Origin: Camelus dromedarius
Lineage: Eukaryota
DNA length: 64,000 nucleotides
Direction of reading: 5' to 3'
NCBI RefSeq assembly: GCF_036321535.1
Contig: NC_087438.1
Coordinates: 48,794,001 to 48,858,000, forward strand
This document shows positions 39,410-52,175 of this stretch, in pieces (position 1 is the stretch's first letter; every line of letters starts with the position of its first letter). The notes beneath the pieces were generated by a model. It saw only the letters and a list, made by a program, of their open reading frames with translations, did no database searches and was not told where the DNA came from. The position numbers were made by a program, and so were the translations under genes.

Positions 39410-42400
39410 TCCTTTATTTTCATGAACTCTCTGGTGTTGAAGAGTCTGTTTACCCATGTGATATGAATCCAGGTTTTCTGGGTGATAGTCGCTCAGGAGA
39501 GTCAAATGGGACCAACTTCCTTACAGAATAAAAGGGAGGGAGGTCTGAGACCAGGTCCTGCCGTGTCCACCCAGATCGATCTGACTAATCTGCACAGTAT
39601 TCCTAAAGCACCGTGTTTAGTGACTGGATCTCTAGGATGTGAGGAGCAGGAAGGCTGGGAATTCAGTAACAGCAGCTAGTTTAAGTGAAGCCACACATCC
39701 AAATGCTCTTCCCAACTCCCTTCCAATCAACCAACTAAATCCGTGAACCATTTGTTTACAAACTGTAGAACACGGGATGATTTTATACAGTACATGACTA
39801 ACACTGTTTTTGGTTGGTTTTCACAGGTTTACTAGAAAAAATACATACAAAAAAGATGAATAAATGTGAATATAGATTTATAGAGAGTGCTTCTGAGCAC
39901 ATAGATAGATTAAAGATTCAGGGCAGGTGGCCAATATTGCAATGTTTCCCTTTCAAAAACAAATAAACAATTCAGTTTAGATGCCCACGCATTTCCAAGC
40001 ATGTGGAAGGTCTCTGATACTGTTTTTCTTTCCATTTTATTGTTTCACTGCTCTAATTAAGGAGTGCCATGCCCATATTTTATTATTCTCCAAGGCCCTA
40101 AAAAATTTGCATTATGTGAGATTGCACACTGTAAAAATGATATATGCGTGAACACTTTGTACACACACAAAGCATATCAAAATTGTAATTTCACAATACT
40201 GTTACTCAGACAAGTCTAAAATAGCTATTTACTTTTATCAAAATAAGCCAATTTAAAAGCAACCCAGGACACAGCCAAAATTATAAAGGTAATGTGAATT
40301 TTGAAAAAAGGTGTAAACATCAGGTGAAAAGCTTACACGATAGCCAATTTGTTTAAAGAAAAAAATAATTAAATTGGTTGTTTCATTATAAGCATTGAAG
40401 AAGAGGCATTCAGAATTCTCTCTGCTAATTACTTACACTGGACAGCTTAAAAAGTAGTGGCCTCAAACAGACAAAAGGGAGAAATCATGATTCTTCTTTT
40501 TCCACCCATGCAGCCTTCTCATTTCTAGCTTCAGGTACCACTAATCTTTCCTTTTCATTCTTTGCCAAGTATGGTGAGGATTAGCTTGAATGAGCAGACA
40601 GCCTGAGTTAACTTATCAGAGATGCATCCGTGGTCCTCCGGTGAGCGATCCAGTCAGCGGCACACAGGTCAATGAGGAGGGGACCGACAGAGCCACAGTT
40701 CAGATGGATCCGAGGCTTCTGATCAGTGGCCGATAACATCATTTCCAAGTTGAAGAGCAACCTTCCGGAGAAGGCCCGTGATCGTTTTCATGGGCTGGTC
40801 ACCTCCGAGACCATTTACGTGTATGAACTCAGAGCATTGTTTTCTGGTTGTCATCTCTTTTGTTTTCAAATGTTGGTCCTGAAGTCATTTTCATGTCTAT
40901 GAATAGAGCAGGACGGGCTGTGAGGGAAATAGTTAATGTTCCAGTTCTGCCCATCTCATGGCAGCCTTCTGCGTGGCTTTCCATGACAGTGACTGTGAAC
41001 TTTGCGTCTCATGGTGCCTACGTGTGCTCTTCTTCCTGGTCAACGTCACCTCCTCTTCCTGCTCCTCCTCCCCTAAGAAGAGGAGCAAATTTCAAGCAAA
41101 TGGACACTCTGGGTTCCAAAGCCCCCATTTAAAAGAAAGAAACAATTTTGCTGAAAACCAAGCTTAAGCGAACATAGTCAGGAAACTACCTCGCCTCCAT
41201 CCCTCAACTTAATGCCACCTGTCCTTATTCATCTGTACCTTGCTTAACCGGTTTTGTCAGTGAGCTTCTAAGTGACAGCATTAAATCACATGGGGTTGTC
41301 CTCCTGTCTCATGTTGCCCTTGTAGAAGATCCAAATAATTGGAGAAATTGGACAGTATGGAGAAATCAAAGAAGCAACAGGTCTGGAAATTCCTTGGTAT
41401 AAGGGAAGGACTGACCACAATTATTATGATACATTTGTGTGGTAATAACACACAATGTCTAGTATAGATCACGTCCAGTGGGCCTCACCAGCCCCCTGGG
41501 CCCTCTGCTCCTGGATGGGCAGCTGGGGGAAAGCCTCCACACAGGACCTCCTGGCTTCCCCTGGGTTGTCTTCAGCTCTTCCCCCACTTCTGATCCCATA
41601 AATGCCAGGTCGTAAATTATAAGCTCTGCTTCCCCCAGAGAGGCCAGGTGACCCCAGCAGAAATAAGGGGGGTTAACTCCCATGGCTTTCATTTTCATAA
41701 ATGGAAAAGTGAAGGCAGAGAGGAGTCCGCAGCAGGACTTTTTCTCCCTTCCTCCCTCACATAGGTTGTTCTGAGTTCCATATGGTTTGTCTGGAGACAT
41801 CCTGCACCTGTCCAGCCACTGGTGGGGTCTCCTCTTGACTCATCGTGACCCAGCAGCTAATGCAGTGATGCACGTTCTGCCATTCGCTCCCCAGCCTCCT
41901 CAGATTTCCTCTCCATCGCTCTTGCCTCTTGTGTTTGTACTTCCTGATGAAGCCTGAGCACTTAGACCTTGCCCCACGATCCCAAGTATTCCATCTCTTT
42001 ATCTCTGTGAATGTTTTGGTGTCGGCCACAGTATAGGATCCCTTCTTTTTTTTTTTTTCCCCTTTAGAAAGTCCCCGAGATGAGATGTGTAAGACTAAAG
42101 AAGGTAACAGCAGCTCTTTAATTCAATTTTAAAATTTCTGTCTTCGATTTGGTAGCCTAACTTTCCAAATCTTGATCCTCTGCTTTTGTGTGTTCTTTTT
42201 TCTCTGCCTGGCAAACTGTGACTTGTCCTTCCCAGCCCAGCTGAATGTCACCTTCTGGGTGACACCTTTCTTGGCTCTTGTGCCCATGCCTGCCATGTCA
42301 GTCTCTGCTGTCTCAAGCCAGACGTCAGACAGCCTGCACACCTGTGCTTCCTAAAGCACTAACATTGTGTCATTAGTTTGATACAGCCTAACCCCAAGTT

Positions 42401-45306
42401 TCCCCACCCCCACCAAGTCTTACTGATTTTATCTCCAGGACGGGCCCATAGAAGGTGTTCAGTAACATTTGCTGTGTGGAGCTGGTTCAAGATCTCCTTT
42501 TTGCATCCATCAGTGTTCCATCTATCTCAGCCCTGACAGGCCCACTCCACCCCAGACGGGACAGTGGCCTTAGACTCCAGGCTGCCAGTCGCCTTCTGAC
42601 AATGCCATCTGCAGAAACTACCAGGCTGCTCTTCCTAAAAATTGTGTCCTCTCACCCCTAGACCTCCAGAGTCTACAGAAGAATCTTCAGTGCTATGGAG
42701 AAATAATATAAATGCGCAAAGCCCAGACAGCCAGTAATAGCCCTTAATAGACGTTGGCTACATCATATTTGGTGTCAGTGCCTTTGTCTGGTGTTCATGG
42801 TCCAGGTCAGCTTAACTCCTGTAACCTCGCACCCCAAACACACTCTCCATCCTGGTCAGGTTGCTCCTCTCCCTGCTCAGCCTGCTGAACTGTCCTCTGC
42901 ACTGGAGTAACTCAGGACACCCCTGCATTTTTCCGAAGCCTGTCTGTTTTTCAGTCTCCCACCTACCTGAATGCTAGTGGAGTTGCTATAACCAGACAGA
43001 TCCCCTCTTATTGCAACTTTTAAAAGCATCAGAAATAGGCCATCCAGTTTCTCAGCTTGCGAGCTCATTGTCTTAGGCTTTTCTCATCTCTTTCCTCGAT
43101 TAGACTAGAAACTTTCCAAGAGCAGGACCCATGTTCAGACCTTCTTCAGTAATTCTACTGAGAGTTGACACATTAGCGGATTGATTCATTGCTATAGAAA
43201 TTAGCCTAAGCCAGGCAGAAGAAGTTAATGATAAGTTACAGTCTGATAGAGCATATTATTAGATTTTAAATTCTAAAAAAGGAACTTTCTGTTATTTTTA
43301 TTTATGTCAGCATAGAATAAGAAAAACACAACATGTATTTTTCTAGACGTCTAGTGAGAAAAATACTACTGTATGTTACAATAATTCATTAAAGCACTCT
43401 TCTGCTCCCTTTCCTAACATGTGCTATGAGTCTCCATAGCAGTCAGGGTCCATTTTCTCCCAATTAATTTTTTTTTTTTTTTGCTTTACTGGCAGTCAGT
43501 TTCTAATAGCCATTTTTCTAAGTCAAAGACCTTAATTAAAGTTGGAATGAAAAATCTGATTAAAATCTAAATTGGCTCAAGGAGCTGTGATCTTCTGGTC
43601 TGCACTTTGCACTTACATAATTTATACCCCAAATGGCTACATTAGGACTTTCAGTCCTCGTTCCTTACCTAACGGGTTTAAAAAGGTCTGGAGCTTTGAA
43701 TCAAATAATCCTCATTTGGGCGCTGTTGCATCCCCAATGTCAAGAATTTCAAGACTAGCAATAGGTTGTGGAGTGAATTTCCAAAACAATTTAATTTTTG
43801 AGCAATTCCAAAAGATAGGCACACAATTTCTTTCCTGTCGGTCACCTTTCCTCTGCTAACTCGTTACTGAAGTAAATCCAATACTCACCCTAAAACTCAT
43901 TCTCAGTGATAGACGCTCTGCCTGCCACAATCCAGAAGAAACCAACCAATTTTGAATGTATAAATAAATATTTAGTTTAAAAAAAAAAAGAGAGATGATG
44001 TGGCTTATCTGGGCTTAACTTTTTCTGCTGTTCAGAAACCTTTCTGATTTTTTAAGGCAAGATCTGAAAACCCAGAAAGTTAATGTATTCAAAAGTCAAC
44101 ACGAAAAGCCTGAATCACAGAGTAAGTTGATAAATCTGATTCCCACTTAGAGTCTCAGGTGGATGAATGAACGATTTCATGAAAAACGGGTGAGACCATC
44201 AGGGACATGTGAATGAGAACAAAGGCTGAGGGAACAAAGGTAAGGAACACGGGGAGCGTTGATGAGGAAGAAGTCGAGGTTACTCAGGCGTCTTGTTTCT
44301 CCAGCTCGGCTCGTGGGGGTCAGACGGGGTAGCGGGCTCTGTTGCCGGCTCCGCAGATTGAAACTGGCCGCCGCGGGCAGAGGTCACCCCACAGTATCAA
44401 TTACTTGCTGCTACCTGGAAAATTTAATTTCATGCCCGGCAATAGATCTGCTTTCTTCTCTAGCATGAATGGCAACTGTCCCCAATTGATAGCAAGAATA
44501 ACTCATTTCCTCAGAGTCATTAGACTCTAGAAGCTTCTCCATTCAGAAAGGGCTCTGCAGATCGCTGAGTGAACGGAATAAAAGCTGGGGGGCTGCCCTT
44601 CTCTTAACCTTTTAAGATATTGTTTGGTTCCTGATTTGCGGTGGGGTTAGTCCAAGCTCTTGTGTACGATTGATATTTAGATGCACACTGGTTTTTGCAC
44701 GGAATTCCTCAAAGAAGAGACTGTCCAGGGATGTTAGCAAACAGAAAAAGTCTGTATTTTCAAACAATGGGGCATCTGGTTGAGGGAGAATTTGTACTGG
44801 CCTTATTTTTGCCTGGAAACATTGCTAATGTTGGTAAAAATTTAAAATAATCTCTCCCTCTTCCCCTCCCCAAATCATTGTCTTTGGAAAGATGAGGTAA
44901 GAGCTCTTTTGATAATGAGATTGATATTATACTGGGAAGTTGAAAGGAATATTTAAAACCAACAAACAAAGAACAAACCCTTTCCATCTGATCTGCTCCA
45001 TTGTTGACCTGAATGCAGACTAGAAGGGTGAGGCTGCAAAACTGCCAGAAATTCTGGATCATCAATGACCAAAGGAAACATTTTTTAAAGGATCATATAA
45101 GTGCTTCTCATTTTTGTTACCTTTTTTCCCCTTGGTCTTAGTTCTAATGCAAAAATGTTCCTAATGCTTTCCTCAGCATTGCAACGAAAGAATAAAACTA
45201 TACCTCAATTAAATAGCAATGTACATCCCACTGTATCTAAATTTTTTAAAGGCAGAAATGAAGAATTCTCATTATTGATTGGTGTTTCTGGCAGAGAATG
45301 GGTATG

Positions 45307-45311
<5 letters not shown>

Positions 45312-45345
<34 letters not shown>

Positions 45346-45348
45346 AAC
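45312..45348. repeat. (CA)n microsatellite
   Basis: About 13 uninterrupted CA units followed by an interrupted tail. Confidence 0.95.
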
Positions 45349-46009
45349 AGGACACTAACCGTGCAGTAGTGCATGTGGTTGTGAGCAGAAGCCTTAGGCC
45401 AGCTCGCCTGTAACAGAATCACTGGAGAACACAAAGTGGGCCTCACGTGCAATCCTTCCTCCCAAGTCACCCTGCAGTTCTCGTTAATACAGCCAAATCC
45501 ACCCAGGCCATAAAACGATGTAAGGGAAAGAGGGAAGCTAGGGCTTTAGGTGGGAGGCATCTCAGTGGGTGGGGAAATGACGGGGGAAGTGAGGGAAGAT
45601 AAAGGGGTAGATGAGAATTGCTTCTTCTCTGACCATTAGTTCCAAGAACAATGCCCTGTCTGAGAAGCGCTGTCATTGTGGGAGGAAGCGGCCAATATTT
45701 CCTGCTGAGGGTCAGAGGTCTTCAATTTATTCCATCCTTTTTGATACAAAAGGCCATACTCTGCTCCTCCTTCTCCCCATGCTAAGAAATAAATGAACTA
45801 ACTATTCATGTGTTGCTTTTGACTGGTCAGCCACGATGCTGGCTATTTAAATGATTTTTTTACATGTAAATTGAATAAAAAATACTCTCAAAACGAAAAC
45901 AATCATTTAAAAAAGGTCTTTGAAAAAGGAAGAGAAGGAAAATTATGTATCTTGGTTTTTCAAACCTACACAAAGAAAAAGAAATGAAAGATATTCTAGT
46001 GTAGCTCCC

Positions 46010-47065
46010 CTGTTATTCAAAACGGACAATTGGACTCAAAAAGCAAAGTGAGTTGACCCAGTTCTCAAAACTTCTTAGAGTCCAAAGTGTGATGAAAATC
46101 CATGTGTCTTAAATCTGGGACAATTTGAGCATCAAAATAAGTGATCTTAGTACATTATAACCCACTGAATAAAATGCAAGTTCTGATTCTGTATTGATAT
46201 GAATAAATAGACAAATGGGAAAGAAGGAAAAGTTCTCTTTAACTAGAATGACAACTTATAAATACAGAAGAAATGACTGATTCATAAAATTATCAATGGA
46301 TGCTAAAATTGGAGAAGGGAAGTCATGATGAGAAACGAGTTATCTACACAGTCTAAACTGGCATCATGTCCCTCCTAATATGATGCGCGGAGAACACATC
46401 GCTTCTGTGACATTCCTGCCAAGACTGCGTAACCGGAATCCAGTCCTAAGGAAAATCAGACAAATCCAAAGTGAAGGACACCTGGGGGGCGGGTATAACT
46501 CAGACGTGGAATACCTGCCCGGCATGCATGAGGTTCTGGGTTCAATCCCCAGTACCTCCACTGCAATAAATAAATAAATAAACCGAATTACCCCCCCCCA
46601 AACCCCAAAACAAAACAAAGTGACGGACACTCTAGAAAGTAACTAGCCTGTGCTATTAACAATGTCAGGATGAAGAAGGACATTGCTGAGGCAGCTGACA
46701 AGACGTCAAATAGCTTGGAGAATTGTATTCTGACGTTAATTTTTAAAAAGAGTTTGATAATTGCACTGTGTGTAAGAGAACGCCTTTCTCCTCAGGAAAT
46801 ATGCACTGAAGTATTTAGAAGCATAATGTCTCCATTTACTTTCAAAGAGTTTAGGGGGGAAATGCATGTATGTATAGATATAAAAAGTGCATGTGTGTAT
46901 ATTATATATTATTATATATTATAGACAGATAGATGACAGAATGATAAAACGAATGAGGCAAAAATGCAAACAACTGGTGAATCTGTGTAAAAGGTATACA
47001 GAGGTCTTTGTACGATTTTTATAAATTTTCTTTAAATTTAAAATGGTATAAAAATAAAGAGTAAC
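46010..47065 (+). mobile_element. Old L1MC-type long 3'UTR (interrupted by a SINE)
   Basis: ctgggacaatttgagcatcaaaataa, gcatcatgtccctcctaatatgatgc, cctcaggaaatatgcactgaagtatttag, ggtgaatctgtgtaaaaggtatacagagg. Confidence 0.75.
46484..46616 (+). mobile_element. Camelid tRNA-derived SINE (vic-1-like), inserted into an old L1 3'UTR
   Basis: Homologous to 10560-10685 (B box GGGTTCAATCCCC, (AAAT)n linker, C run). 14-bp TSD aaagtgaaggacac (46468-46481) / aaagtgacggacac (46617-46630). Confidence 0.93.
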
Positions 47066-47171
47066 ACAAAAAATCAGGGCTCTTGACTCCAGGCCAGAGG
47101 CTACTTTAGTACATTTAAGAGCCCAAATCTTTGAGATCCTCAGTGTTTGCGTGTATGTAACACAGCTGCCT

Positions 47172-47395
47172 TTGTCAGCGGGGCTGCTCAAACAAACTAC
47201 CATAGACGGTGTAGCTTGAACAGCAGAAGCTTACTGCTCATCGCTCTGGAAGGCAGGAAGTCCCGAGATTAAGGCATTGGCAGATCTGGTGTCCGGTGAG
47301 GACACCCTGCCCGTATCTTCACTTGATGGAGAGCAGAGTGAGAGCCAACTCCTGTGTCTCTTATAAAGGCACTCATCCCCTTCGCGAGGGAGGCT
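47172..47395 (-). mobile_element. MaLR LTR fragment, MLT1A-type
   Basis: gggctgctcaaacaaactaccatagacgg, gctctggaaggcaggaagtcccgagattaagg, tcttataaaggcactcatccc. Confidence 0.8.
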
Positions 47396-47596
47396 AATTT
47401 ATTCTTTTACACTGAGGCTAGAAGCATATCTATTATTTTACACTGAGAAATACTATTGTCAGGCTCAAGTAGGTACACAGACTGGCCAGCCAAAGCACTC
47501 TCTCTTTACAGACAAGATCCTTGGGAAGCAAATTTATGGGATCAGAAAATAGGGGAGTTTTTTCCCCCCATGGGAATGTTTAATGTGGTCATGAGG

Positions 47597-48128
47597 AATT
47601 TTTTTTTAATAGATTTTATTTTTTTAGAGCAGTTTCAGGTTTACAGCAGAATTGAGCAGAAAATAGAGTTCCCTCATAGCCCTCCCCACCCACACATGTA
47701 TACTCCCCTACCCTCAGCATCCCTCATCAGTGGGGCATATTTGATACAATCGATGAACCAACATGGACACATTAACATCAACCAAATTCCATACTTTACA
47801 TTAGGGTTCACTCTTGATGTTGTACATTCTATGGGCTTCAACAAATGCATAATGACATGTAGCCACCACTATAGTATCATACAGAATAATTTCAATGCCT
47901 TAAAAATCGCTTGTGCTCCATCTGTTCATCCCTCCCTCCCTCCCTCTCCCCAAACCCCTGGAAGCCACGATCTTTTTATTGTTTCTGTAGCTGAGCCTTT
48001 TCCAGAATGTCATTTGGTTGGAATCGTACAGTTTGTAGCCTTTTCAGACTGGCTTCTTGCATTTAGTAATATGTCTTTTAAGTTTCTTCCATGTCTTTCA
48101 TGGCTTGATAGCTCTTTTTTTTCACTGC
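47597..48128 (-). mobile_element. L1MB2/3-like 3' end
   Basis: ttttttaatagattttatttttttagagcagtttcaggtttacagcagaattgagc ... ttttcagactggcttctt. Accounts for the 228-aa chance ORF 47456-48142. Confidence 0.88.
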
Positions 48129-48485
48129 ACATATATTTTTAAATTTACATATATGTACTGTTCATTGTTTCTAAGAACATTTAGAGCTTTAGCTTTTTAA
48201 ACTGGCATAGTTATCAAAGGAATAAAGCCAACAACATAATAAAAATTAATTCAAAAAGATACACAAGGAATTGACACACTGGGATGCTGGCTGTGGTATA
48301 AAAGAGGGTACTCTTTCCTACCTAGTGCCAAGAGAGGCAGCGCCATCTCTCCTTGTCTAAGATCATCACGGGACTGGCTGATCAGTCTTCCTGGTTAGAG
48401 TGTCACTTACTTATCTGTGGTAACAATTTCAGATAGATTTGCTCTGCAAGGGAGATAGAGCCACCTGGACCTTGCATATTTTGAT

Positions 48486-48836
48486 TGTTACAGACAGTGT
48501 CCCGCTAAATTCATGTTGAAATCCTAACCCCCAATGTGTTGGTATTAGGAGGTGAGGCCTTTGGTGAGACATTCAGTCACGAGAGCAGAGCCCCCTTGAA
48601 TGCGGTTTGTGCCCTTAAGAGACCCCAGAGAGCTCCTTTGCGCCTTTGGCCATATGAGGTTATAGCAAAAAGATGACCAGCTGTGAACCAGGAGGTGGGC
48701 CTTCACTGGACGCCAAATCGGTCAGCATCGTGATCTTGGCTTCCCAGCCTCCAGAACCATGAGAAGAAAATTTCTGTTGTTTGTAAGGCCCTCCATCCAT
48801 GGCATTTTGTTACAGCTGCCGGACCAAACTGAAACT
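48486..48836 (+). mobile_element. MaLR solo LTR, MLT1A/A0-type
   Basis: aattcatgttgaaatcctaacccccaatgtgttggtattaggaggtgaggcctttgg ... cccagcctccagaaccatgagaagaaaatttctgttg. Confidence 0.9.
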
Positions 48837-49164
48837 CTGTTCAAGTCCTTACATCTGATACTTGAGCTCTCTGCAGGCAAGGTTTCCCTCACTTATAAGT
48901 TCCTGAGGAGCAGCTCATATCTGTCTTGCCAAGGATCTGTTCCATGACAGATAGGAGCCTGCTAACACTGATTTCAGCTTTTTTTAATTTTCAGTTACAG
49001 AAAATAAAATACAGGGTAACGGAAGTTTGTATCTCAGCATGGAGGCTCTTTCCTTTGACTCACGGTGAGCTCTCTGATTCACGTCCTCTTGACCAGGTGG
49101 GCTGAGATGTTCCTTCCTCTCATGCTATTTTAAGAGCATATTCCTTTTGGATAACATTTTAAAA

Positions 49165-49520
49165 AATTCTTTTTTTAATTGAAGTATAGTCAGTTTACAA
49201 TGTTGTGTCAATTCCTAGTGTACAGTATCATATTTCAGTCATAAAAATACATATGTATTCCTTTTCATATTCTTTTTCATTATAGGTTACTAGAAGATAC
49301 TGAATTTAGTTTCCTGTGCTGTATAGTATAAACTGGTTGTTTATTGGTTTTGTATTTCCCTGTATTTCCGATGTAAGAGATATTCTGCCGAAATTCAGTA
49401 GGTGCTCAGTTCTGTGCAGAGCAGGTGTAACTTGCTCCGTACAATGGTGCAGATTTTGCTGTACTCGTGGGTGAGGGTGAGCTAGGTGTCCTACTGCTCC
49501 GCCATCCTGGCCTGGCCCCT
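49165..49520 (-). mobile_element. Internally deleted mini-L1: 5' start fused to 3' end
   Basis: Minus strand starts ggggccaggccaggatggcggagcagtagga (L1-type 5' end with near-YY1 motif), runs ~165 nt, then joins ~185 nt of L1 3' terminus and an A tail. Possible TSD aacattt (49153-49159 / 49522-49528). Confidence 0.72.
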
Positions 49521-49654
49521 AAACATTTATTTTTTGGGGGGGCCTATTTACCATTCTGCTTCCTCTTCTCAACTATGAGCTCATGAGGGTACGAACTGTG
49601 CTTGACTCACCTTTGGGTTTTCCGGAGGCAGTAGAGGGTCAAGATCCAGATCTT

Positions 49655-49920
49655 GGTCTCTGGAGTCAGACTGCCTGCTGAGGGATACCTGCTCAGCACC
49701 TCTTCTCCCTTCGCTCAGCCTCCGTTTCTTCACCTGCAAAAAAGGGGTATGAACAGTCATTGCCTCCTAGGTTGTTGGGAAGAGTATGGGACGACAGAAG
49801 TAAAATGCTTAGCCGAGTAGCTGCCACTGAACAATGCACACTAAATTTTAGTGTCCAGTTAGTAGTAGTTAGCACGTGGAACAGCAGCTCAAAGAAATGC
49901 GTGCTGAGCAGATGAATGAA
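49655..49920 (+). mobile_element. MIR SINE
   Basis: tctggagtcagactgcctg ... cagcctccgtttcttcacctgcaaaaaagggg ... aagtaaaatgcttagc. Confidence 0.75.
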
Positions 49921-50306
49921 TTCAGACATGTGTGTAAACTGAAGCTCCAAATAGAACTCCAAAACCACAAAATGGGTCCCCCACCATAGCCTGTTGACAC
50001 ACAAAGACATTTACTAAGTGTGACTGCAACCGAAGGAGGAATTCTGTGACTGCCATAGACGGTGACTGACTCTCTGGGCTCCCTGAGATTTTCAGCATCT
50101 CCTTTGCCCGAAGGGACCTTTCCTCAGAACTCGCCTGGTAAAGACCCCACCCCATTGGATGACAGAATTAGTATGTTAGGAAGAGATATTAGAAATCATG
50201 AAACCCACCCCAGTTTGCTTCAGAAGTGGGAGGTTTAGACCTAGAAGGCTGGTGAGGCTTCTGAGGGCTGAAAAATATTCTGGGGTTTTCTGCCATCCTT
50301 ATTTAA

Positions 50307-50437
50307 TTTTTTAAATTAATTTGGCGGGGGGAGATAATTAGGTTTATTCATCTATTTATTTAATGGAGGTACTGGGGCTTGAACCTAAGACCTCGTGTAT
50401 GCTAGGCATGCACTCTACCACTGAGCTGTACCCTCCC
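50307..50437 (-). mobile_element. Camelid tRNA-derived SINE (vic-1-like)
   Basis: Reverse complement of the same family (GGGAGGGTACAGCTCAGTGGTAGAGTGCATGCC...). TSD catccttatttaa (50294-50306) / cattcctatttaa (50441-50453). Confidence 0.93.
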
Positions 50438-51819
50438 TCACATTCCTATTTAAAAGTCAGGGCTACTCTGGTTGGTGGTGGGACTAGCAGTGCACAGTGA
50501 AGAGTATCTTCATCTCTAAGGCCAGAGCTTAACTGCAAAGTTTCCAGGCACTTCTTTGGCAGGGGTAGGGGGTGGGGTAGGTTTCCTAAAAAGGCTGCTT
50601 CAGCGCACACGCACTGGCATATGTCACTGTGACAGGTAGACACGTCTTAAAACAAACCTCACAAATACAATTCAAAACAAACCGAGTCTGTAAGAACGGA
50701 TTCCTTCCATGAGCTCACCAAGTCCACCCCCTGGTGAAGGCGAACGGAATCTCCAGGTAGAAGACAAAACAGTTGATCTTTTCCAGCAGGCCACGCAGAT
50801 TTTACTTCTTCCCCTTCCAGAATTGATAAGATCTCAAATAACCACGTCGGCCTGGCTCAAGGGAGGAGCTAGACCTCGCTTGGCTCGGAAGCTGGTAGTT
50901 GTTAGTGAGAGGCCGAGAGCCCCGAACAAAGAGATTCTCAGCTCTGCGGCTGTACTTCTGTCTGGTTTCCCCTCAGGCTCCCTCACTCAGTGCTGACCTC
51001 ACCAGCCTGTTACATTGACCAAATGAGACGCATCTAACAGTGGGTTTCAAACCACCGCAAAGCTCTGTGCACATGCGATCTGCCCCATTCTTCAGGGCAT
51101 TGTGCGCTCATGATCCTTAACCTCAAAGAGCTCCCAGTTTGAGTAAGTTTAAGATCTGTCTATCCACAGGATTTATGTGGGTGTGATTCTGATAAGTCAA
51201 GGTGGCTCAAGCCACAGCTCTTGGACACGGGAAGACATGAGGAGAGGGCACTAGACACAGGAATCTGGACTTTGGTTTAGAAGGTGCCCTTATAACTCAA
51301 GTCTCCCACACCTGAGGGCACATAAGCAAACCTACTCCAAGCCCATCGCTTCTTGTCCACGACGGGCTCGTCCCTGTTAAATGCCCCTCCGGTATTTCGG
51401 TCTGTCGATGGGTGTTGCTCCTACACTGCCGTCTCCCACTGGGCACCACCTTCTCCCTCTGCCAGGCCACGCCCTGGCCACCGCACGCGTGGCCCCCGGC
51501 ACGCCACGTTTCCTCTCACTTTCTGTTCTGAATCACGCTCAGTTCAGTGTTATCCCAGCAGGACGGCCCGAGCCCCTCTACTTCCCAGAGTTTTCAAGAA
51601 AGACTTCTGCATTATTTGCTGCCCATACTGTTCTCCACTGCGCCCCACACTCAGTCCAAAGTGCTGCCCCAGGAACACAGCTAAGCGATGCTCTCAACAT
51701 GCACAGAATCACTCTTCCCTCCCCACAGCTGAGGCTGCGACTTTAGGGCCCAGTGGCTGTACCCTGTTCCTGCCACAGGACTTCACCACCTCTCAGGAGA
51801 CTCAGCCTCCCATGGTCTG

Positions 51820-52175
51820 TGCTGTGGACCGAATGCTTGTGTCCCCTCTGAACCCCTATGTTGAAATCCCGACCCCCAAAGTGATGATCTTAGGCGATGG
51901 GGCCTATGCGGTGATTAGATCATGAGGGTGGAGCCGCCGTGAGTGGGATTAGTGCCCTTAGAAAAAGAGACTCTAGAACTATAGATAGTTCTGTTTCTCA
52001 GCAAGTGGGGATACAGTGAGGAAATGGGCCATATGCAAGGCGCAGGGCCCTCACCAGCCGCTGGTCGCCACGCTTGATCCTGGGCTTCCCAGCCTCCAAG
52101 ACTTTGAGGAAGAAATGCCGTTGGGCACACCTCCCCATCGATGGCGTCGTCTGGAGAACGGAGCGGGGTAGGGCT
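51820..52175 (+). mobile_element. MaLR solo LTR, MLT1A/A0-type
   Basis: tgctgtggaccgaatgcttgtgtcccc ... gatcatgagggtggagcc ... ttcccagcctccaagactttgagg. Confidence 0.85.

Noticed and set aside
43955-43992. AATAAA followed by A12, a possible retrocopy tail
   Set aside because: No TSD or recognisable body upstream. The T16 run at 35825-35840 was rejected for the same reason.
47456-48142. Longest ORF (228 aa)
   Set aside because: Runs antisense through an L1MB 3'UTR, with no recognisable protein features.
51353-51925. 190-aa ORF in a GC-richer patch
   Set aside because: Non-ATG start, low-complexity P/S/R/C content, ends in an MLT1A LTR, no homology recognised.
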